A DNA stretch of 63,682 nt, from assembly GCA_028534125.1 (NCBI GenBank), contig CM052817.1, forward strand, positions 107,448,319-107,512,000, given 5' to 3'. The translations under genes were made by a program, and so were the position numbers. Under the pieces are notes generated by a model. That model had not been told where the DNA came from and ran no database searches. It was given only the letters and a program-made list of their open reading frames with translations. Origin of the DNA: Lama glama. Taxonomy: Eukaryota. Shown one piece after another: positions 25,372 to 36,452 of this stretch. Numbering within the stretch: position 1 is the first letter of the stretch; every line of letters begins with the position of its first letter.

Positions 25372-25683
25372 TTTTTTTTAATTGAAGTACAGTCAATTAC
25401 AATGAGTCAATTTCTGGTGTGCAGCACAATGTACCAGTCATGCATATACATACATATATTCATTTTCATATTCTTTTTCATTAAATGTTATTACAAAATA
25501 TTGAGCTTAGTTCCCTGTGCTATACTGAAGAAACTTTTTAAAAAATCTATTTTTATATATAGTGGCTAACATTAGTAAGTCTCAAACTCCCAAATTTATT
25601 CCTTCCCACCCCCTTTCCCAGTAACCATAAGACTGTTCACTATGTCTGTGAGTCTGTTTCTGTTTTGTAGATGAGTTCATTAG
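25372..25683 (-). mobile_element. Short camelid-type L1 3' fragment
   Basis: Poly(T) + AATTGAAGTACAGTCAATTACAATG...GTTTTGTAGATGAGTTCATTAG. Confidence 0.85.
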
Positions 25684-26576
25684 GTAACTGTCATTCAATA
25701 CATACTTTTAGTTAAAAGGATGACCAGTAATTGCTTAGGTCTATAGAGGGCCTTCTGTTTTCAAAGTCCTTTTGTACATACTATCTACCAAGAATGTTCA
25801 AGGTCTAGGAGAGAGAGCAGGGACTAAGGAAGCCTTCCAATCTTGGCACTTTTTAGCTTGAGTCTTGTGACGAGGTACTGAATGTCCTGGTCTTGCCTTC
25901 CTCATGTGCTTAACTGTGTCCGTGTAATAGAGTTGTTGTGAAGATTCAAGGAGGTAATTTACCTAATAAAGAACCAAACACACGGGCTCTGGGACGTAGA
26001 CAGGGTCAAAGATTTTACGGCCCTTTTACAAACTAAGGCTCTCAGTCACTGCGGGAAATTACAGAGCAAGGACATGGTAGTGCTGTTAAGCACCTTAAAT
26101 CTCCCAGGAGAGCACAGTGTCTTTCCTGGGCAACAGGAGAGTGGATTGAAAAACAAGACTATCAACAACACCCACGGGGTAGTTACAGAGATTTAAGACA
26201 TTGTCCTTATGTAGTTGACTTCTCCTTGGCTATCTGCACAGGAGATCCTCTCCTGATGTGGGGAGCTTGGTGATGAGATAAGCTTGCAGGTAAGTCATGG
26301 GTGTGGGTTGCTACTTTGGGGGCACCTATCAACTACTGGCACCATCCCACCCGGTGACAGCATGTAGCCAGGAATCCGACTTGCCTGGCTGGGAGGCGTG
26401 GAAGAATGAGAACTCAGTGCCCTGGACTTACAGGACATTACCAAAATCTTTTAAGGATCCAAAAGATAAATGTGGAAAGGGTTTTGGAGGGCTTTGATAT
26501 CATCATCTTCATCACTATTATCCATTTTCTGCTCATGAAAATAAATTTTTATGGACAGGAGAAAACAGGGAAACAG

Positions 26577-26578
<2 letters not shown>

Positions 26579-26617
<39 letters not shown>
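26579..26617. repeat. poly(T) run (~39 nt)
   Basis: Homopolymer visible directly. Confidence 0.95.
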
Positions 26618-26620
<3 letters not shown>

Positions 26621-28026
26621 GAACGTGGACCATTTTTACCAAATGGCTGGGAACACATTAGCCAAACTGCCTGTCAGCTTGCCCTGAATACCTTCCACCC
26701 TCCCCTGAACCCCTCACACTAGGATGCTCCTCTGCAAGTATTCCTTTGACTTATTCAGTCTGCTCACTTCATTGAAATGGAAGAGGAGATGGCAAAAGAT
26801 GTTCTGGATTTATGAGGCTGTTGGCTGCAAGTGTCAGCACTTGGATTCTATTAGAAACCTGCGATTTTTGATGTGGCTTACGATTTGACTTTGCACCCTC
26901 TAGTTGGAAGATGGAAGTATCAGCAATAAGATTAGAGCTGGAGAAAGCTGGAAACTAGGGTGTTTCTCCAGGATTTGGCATCATTTCCTCGGTTTGGATG
27001 CTGTCTCCCCCTTTAGACCATTAAAATAGAGTGTACTCGAAGTTAGGAAGAGAGGAGATAAAGGAAAAAAAAAATCACTCTGGGGCAGTACATGCATTAG
27101 AATTGGGAGGGTTAGGTTTGCAATTGACTCCCAGACATTCCTCCGTAGAATGTCTCCTTGTAAATAAACTTCTGCAAACTTTTAAGAGACAGAGAAATGT
27201 AAACATGCTTGTGAACTCCCAGTCTGTTGAAGCTTAGTGATTCCCAGCATCATAAGGTATAAAAGGTTCCCAGAAGGTTTTCTTTCTTGGTTTGCTTTGA
27301 TTTTTCTCATCATGTATTACCTGAGAAACAAAAACATCTTATTTCTATTCACCTGGTTTGAATAAGGTTTAGTGCTGAACAACTCCTTCCTTTGATTTAA
27401 AAAAAAAAAGATTTTCTGAAAAATAAATTAGGGCACACACACAGAGGAGGCAAAAAAAAAAATCACAATAGCAAAAGGAAAACTTGGGCTCCTCGTGTGT
27501 CTGTGGGGTTTCACTGCTTTGTGCTTTCCTTTGTTTTTCTTTCCAGGAATAATGAGAAACCTTGCTAAATAAAAAAGGAGTTTTCTGAATGCATTTCCCC
27601 GGGAGGAGGGTCACTTACGATACGATCACAAAAGACCGGGCACAGGAAGGGGAAGAAAGGTACAGAACCCCCCAGGATATGTGAGCGGGGCACATCTTTG
27701 GAACACAGTCTCTTTAAGGACCACTCCTCTTGAAATAAACCATGACTTATAAAACAGTTGTTAATACCAGTGAGACCTGCTGGTTATTCACAAGCACAGG
27801 TTTACACGACACGTTAGCCTTGCTTAACTCTTGAGTTGACAGTTTATCCCAGTTTTTAATTTAAGTACCAGAAATGTGTCAAGAAGAATGATTCTGAAGG
27901 GAGATGACAGTTTTATCAGAAGGAGCATCTGTATCTTAAAAGCATACATGTAAGAAACACACATTTGTACTTTTGATTATGTCATAAAATCCAAAGGCAT
28001 ACAAAATAAACACTGAGCATACTTAC

Positions 28027-28075
28027 AGTATTTCCCCAAAATCAAGATGTAGAAGAAGACAGGACCAGATGGCAT
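28027..28075 (-). CDS. RXFP1: RXFP1 coding exon 1 (signal peptide, MPSGPVFFYILILGKY + 1 nt)
   Basis: Minus strand reads ATG CCA TCT GGT CCT GTC TTC TTC TAC ATC TTG ATT TTG GGG AAA TAC T|GTAAGT. This is 49 coding nt with a perfect donor and closely matches the human RXFP1 N-terminus MTSGSVFFYILIFGKY. Its phase-1 end joins exon 2 in frame. Confidence 0.95.
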
Positions 28076-28400
28076 TTCCTTCTCGCCGGGAAGCAGGTTA
28101 AGGCAAGTGAACACAGCCAGGTCCTGGTTTCTGAGCCGCGTGCAGGCGCGGAGGTTGTGTGCTATGTCCGTCTGCGATCTGAGCAGCTATAAACCTGCCG
28201 TCCCTTCCTCTCTCACCGCCTCTCCCTCTCTCTTTCCATTTCCTCTTCTCTCCTTTATTCCTTTCTCTCTCCCAGAATCTCCCCTCCCCACCCTCCTTCT
28301 CTGACAGCCTTGATATCCCTTTTCACACGCACGCACGCACGCACGGACAAAGCTGAGCGGGGATGAAAAGTTTCAGGCAGAGAACATGCAGGCTCTTCTT
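28076..28400 (-). promoter_or_regulatory. RXFP1: RXFP1 5'UTR / proximal promoter
   Basis: Immediately upstream of the ATG. Contains a (GTGC)n tract, a ~100-nt GA-rich tract and ATAGCACACAACC...TCAGAAACCAGGACC...AGAAGGAAATG, resembling the human RXFP1 leader as recalled. The TSS cannot be fixed from sequence. Confidence 0.75.
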
Positions 28401-29620
28401 GACTCCAAGCACTGTCCTGTTCCCCTGCCCTGCGACAGCTACCGAGGAGCGTGTGTGGGAACACTGACAACCGTCTGAACAGATCAAAGGCAGCTAGAGG
28501 GAAACGGATCTCAGAGACACCTCGCAAGCCCAGACTGCTTTTCCCCCTAGTGACTCGCGAGGAGGGGAAGGGCAGAACCAACGGGGCAAGATGCCTTTGT
28601 GCGATGAAATCTCAGGCAAGATTTAAGTGTAACGGCAGCCGTCTTTCATGGTCTGTCTGGGCTGAGGCATTTGAATGATAGGACTTTGTTCAAAGAAAGA
28701 TCTAGAGGAAGGAGGAACAGATCTTCAGCGTTGTCAGACTCGTGAGTTCATTGACGGTGGAGTAAAACCTTCCTCGGTTTGAGTCTGTGGCTTGAGAGCT
28801 GCGGAGCTGCTGATTCTGGGCTGAGCCTTGCCTCTCCAGAGGGAAACACCTCTGCAGCCAAGCAGCTGTGATGCTCAGCAGAGGGCACACAGGACGTCTG
28901 GCAGAGGTCCTAGTGCACGCAGGTGATTACTACCTGGCAGCCACTCATCTGACGATGATTTTGATTATTTTTAGCAGTGGGGGAAAAAGTTTGCAAATGC
29001 AAAGAACATTCTCATGGAATGCCTTTGCTTTAAACCAAGCTCTATCATTCTTATTTTGCACTATGATCATTTATTGCCAGAACCAACGAGCAGCGTTTGG
29101 ACATGAGAGATTTGTTTATGAGGTTAATGTCTCCTACCCACAACACATGTAGAATCTATTTAAATTACGTGACTTTATATTACTGATGCCAACCTATTTA
29201 GAAGCCTATTTCTAAATGGTGGCTAAAAGGTTATAGTAACACTACTTTCCTGTCTTCTTGTAGGAAGAAAGGAGACAAAAGGAGACACAAGGTAGAGGAA
29301 TCTTCACAATTCCTTATTTGCTTAGCAGAGGTGCTTAATGAAGACACCATTCTTTTGGTGGAAATGCTTATGGTTAACTGAAGTTGAACACTCATTTAAT
29401 GTTCAATAAGTGTTCCTGACATGTTTACTGTTTATAGTAACACTTGAAATGTTTTAAGTAGTTAATAATTTTCTTAGATTTATTTTAGAAACAGTGTTTC
29501 TGGGATGGATGCCCAGGACACGTCCTGGGCGTGTCTGAAAGGGGGACCTAGAAGAAGCTTCTCAACATTAACGCTGAGGAACTTGCTTTAGGAAGTGTTT
29601 GGCATAAAGCAAGCTATTGA

Positions 29621-29772
29621 GGGGGAGGGCAAAGCTCAGTGGTAGAGCACGTGCTTAGCATGCATGAGGTCCTGGGTTCAAATCCCAGTGCCTCCACTAA
29701 AAACATAATAATAATTTAAAAAATAAACAAGCCTAATTACCCCCCCAAAAAGCTTAAAATAAATAAATATAA
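29621..29772 (+). mobile_element. tRNA-Ala-derived camelid SINE (vic-1 type) with intact A/B boxes
   Basis: AGCTCAGTGGTAGAGCACGTGCTTAGCATGCATGAGGTCCTGGGTTCAAATCCCAGTGCCTCCA; degenerate TSD AGCAAGCTATTGA/AGTAAGCTGTTAA. Confidence 0.9.
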
Positions 29773-30062
29773 AGTTTTAAATAGTAAGCTGTTAATACAG
29801 AGATTTTCAAAGTAATCTTAATGTTGTTGTCAGCTTGGAACGTTTTGCCTGAGCTGATATAAGGGACATGTATGATTTTGCTAAAACAGCTGTTTAACTG
29901 GAGGAAAAGTGTTAGACATTTGTTTTTATCAGGATACCAATTCTTTCTTCTGGCAAAGACAGAGAATTGGGAAAACTTATTTTATATAGGCGTGTTGCTG
30001 GAAAAACACCCAGGAGTGAACACAGGGTCCCCCTACTATACATTGTATGGGCACTGTTTTTA

Positions 30063-30233
30063 TTTAGGGCCAGAGAATTCTTTATTTGAGGTGCTGTCTT
30101 TTGGTTTAGTGGCATCCCTGGCCTCTACCCACTGGATGTCAATAGCACACCCTTGCTGCGACCATGAAGGATGTCTCCAGACATGGGCTGATGTCCCCTG
30201 GGGGGCAGACTTGCTCCCGGTTGAGAACTGCAT
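30063..30233 (-). mobile_element. MER20 fragment
   Basis: GCATCCCTGGCCTCTACCCACTGGATG...ATGTCTCCAGACAT...ATGTCCCCTGGGGG...CCCGGTTGAGAACTG. Confidence 0.8.
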
Positions 30234-30934
30234 TGTAGCAAAAGACTCCCATGAACAAAATTTAAGTACTGATTTTTACCAGCTAGTTAGAATTCTTCTT
30301 ACCTACATTTAAAGGGCGTTTTCTCATTTTCTGGTTTCACAGCTTTGAAGACATTTATTAGAGAGTTTTCAAAACAGACATTTGTCAACCTGCACCGTGG
30401 GCCCCAGAGGGTCTGTGATGTCACTCCCTCTGTCTGGCTAGGCACATCCGGGTTTCCACCCCGCATCTGTTGCTGACATGGACTAATGTGTCAGCATTTA
30501 CAATTAACACATTTTCTTATCTTGAAACCTGTACTTAAAACTTTATTGCAACTCTCTGAATAATTTAAAAAATTCTTCTATTTGGAAAGCACTTCTGAGA
30601 ACAACCCAGTGAGTCAAGCCAGACGAACTTGACTGTGCTCCATAGATTCAAGTTTCTAAGTGGTTTTTCCAGCCCACGACCACTGAAATTCACCACGATG
30701 TTCTTCAGCATCATAGCTAAAGGTGACACAATAACCCTTGAGGGCTTTTGCCCATGCTTCTGAACCTACTGGCCACCATCATTTTCAGCAGTAGAAACAG
30801 TCCTGTTCTTAAAGGTTTGTTTGATTGTAGACCTGGGCAAGTCCCAGTGAAAGAGGCTGGAAAAATCTCAATCAGGGCGTCACGATGTAGAGATATTCAG
30901 GTAATGGTGAGCCACCTGATGCAATTAGGATAAG

Positions 30935-31065
30935 AGATTTGCAGATACACACTAATATTTATAAAGTAGACAAGGTCCTACTGTATATAGCACAGGGAAC
31001 TATATTCAATACCTTAGAGTAACTGAGAATGGAAAAGAATCTGAAAATGAAAAAAAAAAAAAAGA
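30935..31065 (+). mobile_element. Small L1 3'UTR fragment
   Basis: GCAGATACACACTA...ACAAGGTCCTACTGTATA..GCACAGGGAACTATATTCAATA...AAAAGAATCTGAAAA + A-run. Confidence 0.8.
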
Positions 31066-31779
31066 ATAAGTGCAATCCAGGAGCTAAAATGCTTGCTGTT
31101 ACGTTGTTTATCCTCTGGCTGCATTTCTAATTGACAGCTGTCAATCAGGCAACACTCCTGCGATACCCATCCTCTCTCAGCCACCCACCAGGCAGTTTTA
31201 GCTGTCTCGATTTACCGTTAAACAACTCTGGAGTGAAACGACTTCTGGGGAATGGTATCAAGCAAAATGCACAAACTGCGACAGAGCAACAAGTAGGGAC
31301 AGGTATTTCAAAAGACACCGTGTACAAATTCTAAACAATTTTGCCCTCGGTGGAAGTGATTAGAAGTTTTTATGTCCTTTCAGCAGAAAATCAGCGATTA
31401 AATGGTAAACCAAGTCCTGTGTGGATTCATGTGTCACCTTTGAGGGGTATGACTGGGACGTAACAGAATTAAGTTATCCTCTGGAAAGCTGCCAGTGTGG
31501 AGAGGAGGAAGATAGGGTTAGCAAGCTTAGCGCCGTCTGTCTGTCTATCTGGTATCTAATCTACCTAGCTAGTCTGTTATCTACCTATATATCTGTCATT
31601 TATCATCTTACCCAGTAAATACCAGTTGATGGCATTTGTTAAGTGCAAATTCTGTCTAGAGCTTAGTATTATTAATCTTGCTGTCCTTGGTTCTCTCAAA
31701 CTATTGTAAGTGAAGACATTCAAGTTTCAGGCTCATTCCACCCAGATTGAGCCCACCTAGTTCAAGACAGTGTAAGGGA

Positions 31780-32290
31780 GCAGTTCTCTGCAGCTGGTGG
31801 AGCCAGCGGGTGGGACCTGGAGACTGGACGCGCAGTGTCGCGTTTGGACCACCTGCGCGCCCGGAACACCCGTCTCCCCTCGCTTCTTCCCTGCAAACCC
31901 ACGGCGCATGCTCAGTCATCAGACTGTCTGGCTGCAGAATTCCGGCTTGAGTTCCCGCCTCCCTGCTGCCGCAGGAGCCCTCCTCTAACCCCTGCTCACT
32001 TGTCCGGGATTTAGCTTGCTGTGCCTCCGTGGGGTCAGCCGCACAGGAGATTCAGTGCTCTCGGCCCTACCCTGGGAATCCCGGTCTGCGCGATGCCTCT
32101 GCTCGGCTCACGGGGGACTACCTGATTCACGCGAGGGCCATCTCCTGTGTGCCGGAAGGAAGAATGAGTTAGAAAAGTAAAGGAGGCTTGACCCAGTAGC
32201 GCCAGTAGGAGATGGAGAGTTGCTGCCCAATTACGCCACTGACGAGACGGATAACCTCCGAGCAGTCACTGAAAGGCTCTGGTCCTCCCT
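31780..32290. promoter_or_regulatory. CpG-rich island-like segment ~3.7-4.2 kb upstream of the RXFP1 ATG
   Basis: Dense CpG (GGACGCGCAGTGTCGCG, TGCGCGCCCGG, GGCGCATGCTC) in an AT-rich background. Function unproven. Confidence 0.45.
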
Positions 32291-32619
32291 TGGAAATGGT
32301 AGCGGAGAGCCAGGGGTCTTCAGTCGTTGGAGAGGGCAAGACATTAGGTTGACTAATTTAGGTAACGAAGTAGGTATAAACGTGGATATTCACTTCTGAG
32401 CAACGAGTTGGTACAAATCAAAGAGATACTGACAAGGAGGATGAGTCTCCTGACCGGTGGGTGCAAAGATGAGCAACGACAGCGGCTGCAGTCCGGACGC
32501 GAGGCTGTTGTGTGACAGATGGAAGTCAGCTAGTGTGGTCCAGCGTGTCTGCAGACAAGCCACTGCCAGAAAGAACACGGCCTTAGTCATGCCCAATTAT
32601 GAACACATGTTGGCTTTAG

Positions 32620-32740
32620 ACAGGTGTGTCCAACAGACGGACAACACCAGGCACCTGTGCGGTTTTCCAGGAGCCATATTTAAAAAGGTGAAAAAAACAG
32701 GAGAAATTAATTTTAATAATAATTTTATTAAACACCCAGT
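32620..32740. mobile_element. MER33-like hAT fragment
   Basis: GTGTCCAA...AGCCATATTTAAAAAGGTGAAAAAAACAGGAGAAATTAATTTTAATAATAATTTTATT. Confidence 0.6.
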
Positions 32741-32936
32741 TTATCCTTCCATGTCTCCTTTCCCCCCGGTAACGGTAAGTTCATTTTCTATGTCTGTGAG
32801 TCTGTCTCTGTTTTGCAAATAAGTTCACTTGTGTCCATGTTTTTAGATTCCACATGTAAGTGATACCCTGTGGTATTTTTCTTTCTCTTTCTGGCTTACT
32901 TCACTTAATATGATATCTCCAGGTCCATCCATGTTG
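32737..32936 (-). mobile_element. L1 3' fragment
   Basis: TTTATCCTTCC...CTATGTCTGTGAGTCTG...AGATTCCACATGTAAGTGATA...CCATCCATGTTG. Confidence 0.85.
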
Positions 32937-33009
32937 GAAAGCAGAAATATTTTGCTGAGCCGTGCTAATGAGAGCTGCAGTCTGCCTTTCTGACCACCTG
33001 TGGGCATAA

Positions 33010-34400
33010 TACACTAATCTCTTCTCCAAGGGAAACACCCCCGAAGTTATGTGCAGTCACAGTGTCAAGCACACAGTTCAGGGTCTCTGGGTGACGCCCA
33101 GTAGGTGGTTTCGACCTGAGGTCTAGTGGTGGGTTCTCTGGACTAAACATCTATGAACTACGAAGACAAGCTGTCTGCCTCCGACACGTGGTGGTGGTCC
33201 AGGGACAAGATAATGGCCATGAACACTCTCATTAGAAAGGGGATTGGTATGGGAAATGCGGCAGACAGTCTGCAGGACTTCCGAAATCCTGCTGGGCAGA
33301 CGAGTGAGGCTCCCGGCCCTGGGTGGGCGGGGATGCTCCTTAATTAGGCAGAGTCTGCACCCTGGGAGGGACTTCCCAGCCCCTTGTCTGGTCTGCACTA
33401 ATGGAGGGTCCTTCTTCCTCATTATCGGAATTCTCCGCATCTAAAGTGGATGTTGGAGAGTGTGCCCTCCAGTGTCCCAGGGCTGAGCAGAGGCCACAGC
33501 CTCCTCTTTGGCTTCAGTTGGTTGAGTACCGCCAAGGTTGCTTTATAAGCGAAAAAACCGCTGTCTTTTTTTTTTTTTAAATTAAGCTCAGGCTAGTGGT
33601 CCTTGTAGCAGTACAACTCAACTCTTATAAGAACTTTGCTCTGTTCTTATTTATTTGGTTCCAATTAGTTTCAGTTAGTTTCTTGTGTCAATAGGCACCT
33701 CTATATTTCTTTTCTCAAAAAAGTTTTGTGAACTTAATTCCCAGGTTGGCTGTGCTGCTTTTCTTGCCCCCGCTGTCCCCCTTTCTCTCTCTCTTTCTCT
33801 CTAATGATTTATTGCAGGTGACCTGAGTCTGTGAAGTTTTGCTGACAACCACTTCCTTCGTCTTTTCCCTTGGTCCAAGTGAGAGGATTTACAGAACCAC
33901 ACTCTTAGTTTCGCCTTTACTCTCAGATATTTTAGTGCCTTCAAAGATTTTTAGCAGTGATTGTAATAGCCATCACCCTAATTTAATCCTTACTGCAAGG
34001 CTGATTTTGATTGACCTTTGTTGCTAAGGGAATTTTTCAGTTTTATCTTGCACTGGTTGTGGTTGAGAAGCACACGGTCCTAATTCTTCAAGTTCTGAGT
34101 TTCTGGACTCTAGTTCCCTTCATCTATTTTTTTTGCGAACTGGCAGCACCCCATACATCCTCCTCCGTTTCTGGGATCTCTTGTCCCAGGATTATACGCT
34201 CATTAGGTGTACGATCTGATTGCCAGGTTGTCACTGGTCACAGTGTTGCCAAATCATTTGCCACTTCTTAGCATAGACAACTATCCTCAGCTTCTGACAA
34301 TTTCCTTCTTGTCCGCCACCTGGCTTTTAAGCCAAATACCAGCTATGTTCTGTTTGTGGTTATGACAGCGCACCGTATCTAGCCACCAATTTCTGAATCA
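33010..34400 (-). mobile_element. MaLR (MLT1) internal sequence
   Basis: CTATGAACTA..AAGACAAG.TGTCTGCC, AAATCCTGCTGGGCAGA, CAGTGTTGCCAAATCATTTGCCACT and the ACCAATTTCTG junction resemble MLT1-int. Confidence 0.55.
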
Positions 34401-34509
34401 GCCAGTACCTAGTAGGTTGTACTGCAGTGAAAAGCTGGCCCCACAGAAGTTTAATTCTTATATTGGGGTCCCTCAGGGACCCAAGCAGGTAAGATTCTAT
34501 CTCTTTTTT

Positions 34510-34665
34510 GCATTTTTTTTGATTTACAATGTTGTATTAGTTGCTGGCGTACAGCGTAGTGATTCAGTTATACATATACACATGTTATTTTTCATATTCT
34601 TTTTCATTACAGGTTGCTACAAGCCGTGGAATTTAGTTCTCTGTGCTGTACCTTGTTGTTTATGA
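34510..34665 (-). mobile_element. L1 extreme 3' fragment
   Basis: GATTTACAATGTTGTATTAGTT...GTACAGCGTAGTGATTCAGTTATACATATAC. Confidence 0.85.
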
Positions 34666-34898
34666 TAAGATCCTATCTTGATACACATTTCCTTGGTCCT
34701 TGGTTGTGGTGGGGAAAAAAGGAAAGGTGACAAACCACACGCCAGTCCTAAGCCACAACAGACAACAGAATACAGTGAAGCTTTTTGACCGAATGACTAA
34801 ACTGCCAGCTGAGGAATTGCCATTGCTCTCCACCCCTTATCAGCTTAGTCATGTCCACAGTTAGCATCTCTCACTTCTGACAAGCCAGACCCCGTTTT

Positions 34899-35160
34899 TG
34901 TATTAGTCAGGACTCACTGGGTGCAAGTGACTTAAACCCAGCTCAGCCGAGGGCATCGGTCTCTCTGCATCTGTCTCTGTTTCTGTTTTGTACTCCTTTA
35001 CTCCCTCTTTCTCTCTTGCTCTCTTTGATTTTTGTCTCTGTTTCTCTCTGCTTTATTACTTTAGACGGGCTTTCTCCATGTGGTTGAGATGATGTCTTTT
35101 GGGAACCGCTGGTTCTCACCTTTTCAGGTCTGTGGCCCGTGATCCCCAAGGCAAGGCTAG
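34899..35160 (-). mobile_element. MLT1-type LTR fragment
   Basis: TGTATTAGTCAGGACTC...TGCAAGTGAC..AAACCCAGCTCA terminus. Confidence 0.55.
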
Positions 35161-35756
35161 ATCGCCTGCTCTATTTAGAGAGCTACTGGGGCAGGCCTCC
35201 TACGGTGGCTTTTCAAGTTGGCAGTTTGGGAAACAAACCAGTCATGATGCGAGAGGATTGCAGGGGGAAAGGATGTGTGTTTCATTTTCAGAAAAATGGA
35301 TTTTTGAAAGTGATTAACACTTGTCACTGGGCTTTGTACCAGGTGTCAAACAGAAGTCCAAGGGGTCGACAGAAAGATCAATCTCTGACCGGAAATAAAA
35401 CTATTCTATCTTTTTAAATTGTGTACTTTGGGAAAACCTGTCTTAGGAATCTGTGAAGGAATTTTTGGAATGTTAAATGTTCTCTTCAATCTGCAGGACA
35501 GGGAGCAATGGGAGAAAAGACATTAAGTATACAAAAGACTAATTTTACGTTGCCTTATTTTTTCTGGGAACAAGAAAATCTTGTATTTGAGATGGAATAT
35601 TTGAGGCCCAGTGATTTCAGAAAGTCCTGCTATGAAGACCTGAAGCCAGGCTCTGTTGCTGGAACCAAACCTGACCCAGTTGTATCTTTAATTCCAAGCT
35701 AAACACCTGTTTGTTCTTAGATCACAGAGAATCTTGAATACAGTGAAGCAAATGCC

Positions 35757-36452
35757 TCTTTTTTAATTGAATTACAGTCAGTTTGCAATGTTGTGTCAAT
35801 TTCCAGTGTAGAGCACAATTTTTCAGTTATACATGAACATATATATATATTGTCAGATTCTTTTTCACCATGAGCTACCACAAGATCTTGTATATATTTC
35901 CCTGTGCTATACAGTACAATCTTGTTTATGTATTATATATACACCTGTCAGTATCTACAAATTTTGAACTCCCAGTCTGTCCCTTCCCATCCCCCACCCC
36001 CTTGGCAACCACAAGTTTGTATTCTATGTATATGAGTCTGTTTCTGTTTTGTATTTATGTTCATTTGTCTTTTTCCTTCTTTCTCTCTTTCTCTCTCTCT
36101 TTCTTTCTTTCTCTCTCTCTCTCTTTCTCTCTTTCTCTCTTTCTTTCTCTCTTTATTTTTTAGATTCCACATATGAGCAGTCTCATATGGTATTTTTCTT
36201 TTTCTTTCTCTTTCTGGCTTACTTCACTTAGAATGACATTCTCCAGGGACATCCATGTTGCTGCAAATGGCGTTATTGTTGCCTTTTTAATGGCTGAATA
36301 GTATTCCATTGTATAAATATACCACTTCTTCTTTATCCAGTCATCTGTTGATGGACATTTAGGCTGTTTCCATGTCTTGGCTATTGTAAATAGTGCTGCT
36401 ATGAACAGTAGGGTGCAGGTGTCTTTTTGAAGTAGGGTTCCTTCTGGATATA
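35757..36452 (-). mobile_element. Young-looking camelid L1 3' end with (CT/CTTT)n expansion, cut by the gap
   Basis: L1 3'UTR plus ORF2 end with few visible changes; CT-rich tract ~36070-36155. Confidence 0.9.

Larger units (their letters stand above)
2519..28026 (-). other. RXFP1: RXFP1 intron 1 (phase 1, ~25.5 kb including a 500-N gap)
   Basis: GT...AG boundaries between the two exons above. True length is uncertain because of the gap. Confidence 0.9.

Noticed and set aside
29621..29697. tRNA-Ala(AGC) gene
   Set aside because: It has the extended GGGGAGGG 5' end, SINE tail and TSD. The acceptor stem pairs with A3:U70 instead of the G3:U70 alanine identity pair, and two sibling SINE copies exist in the window.
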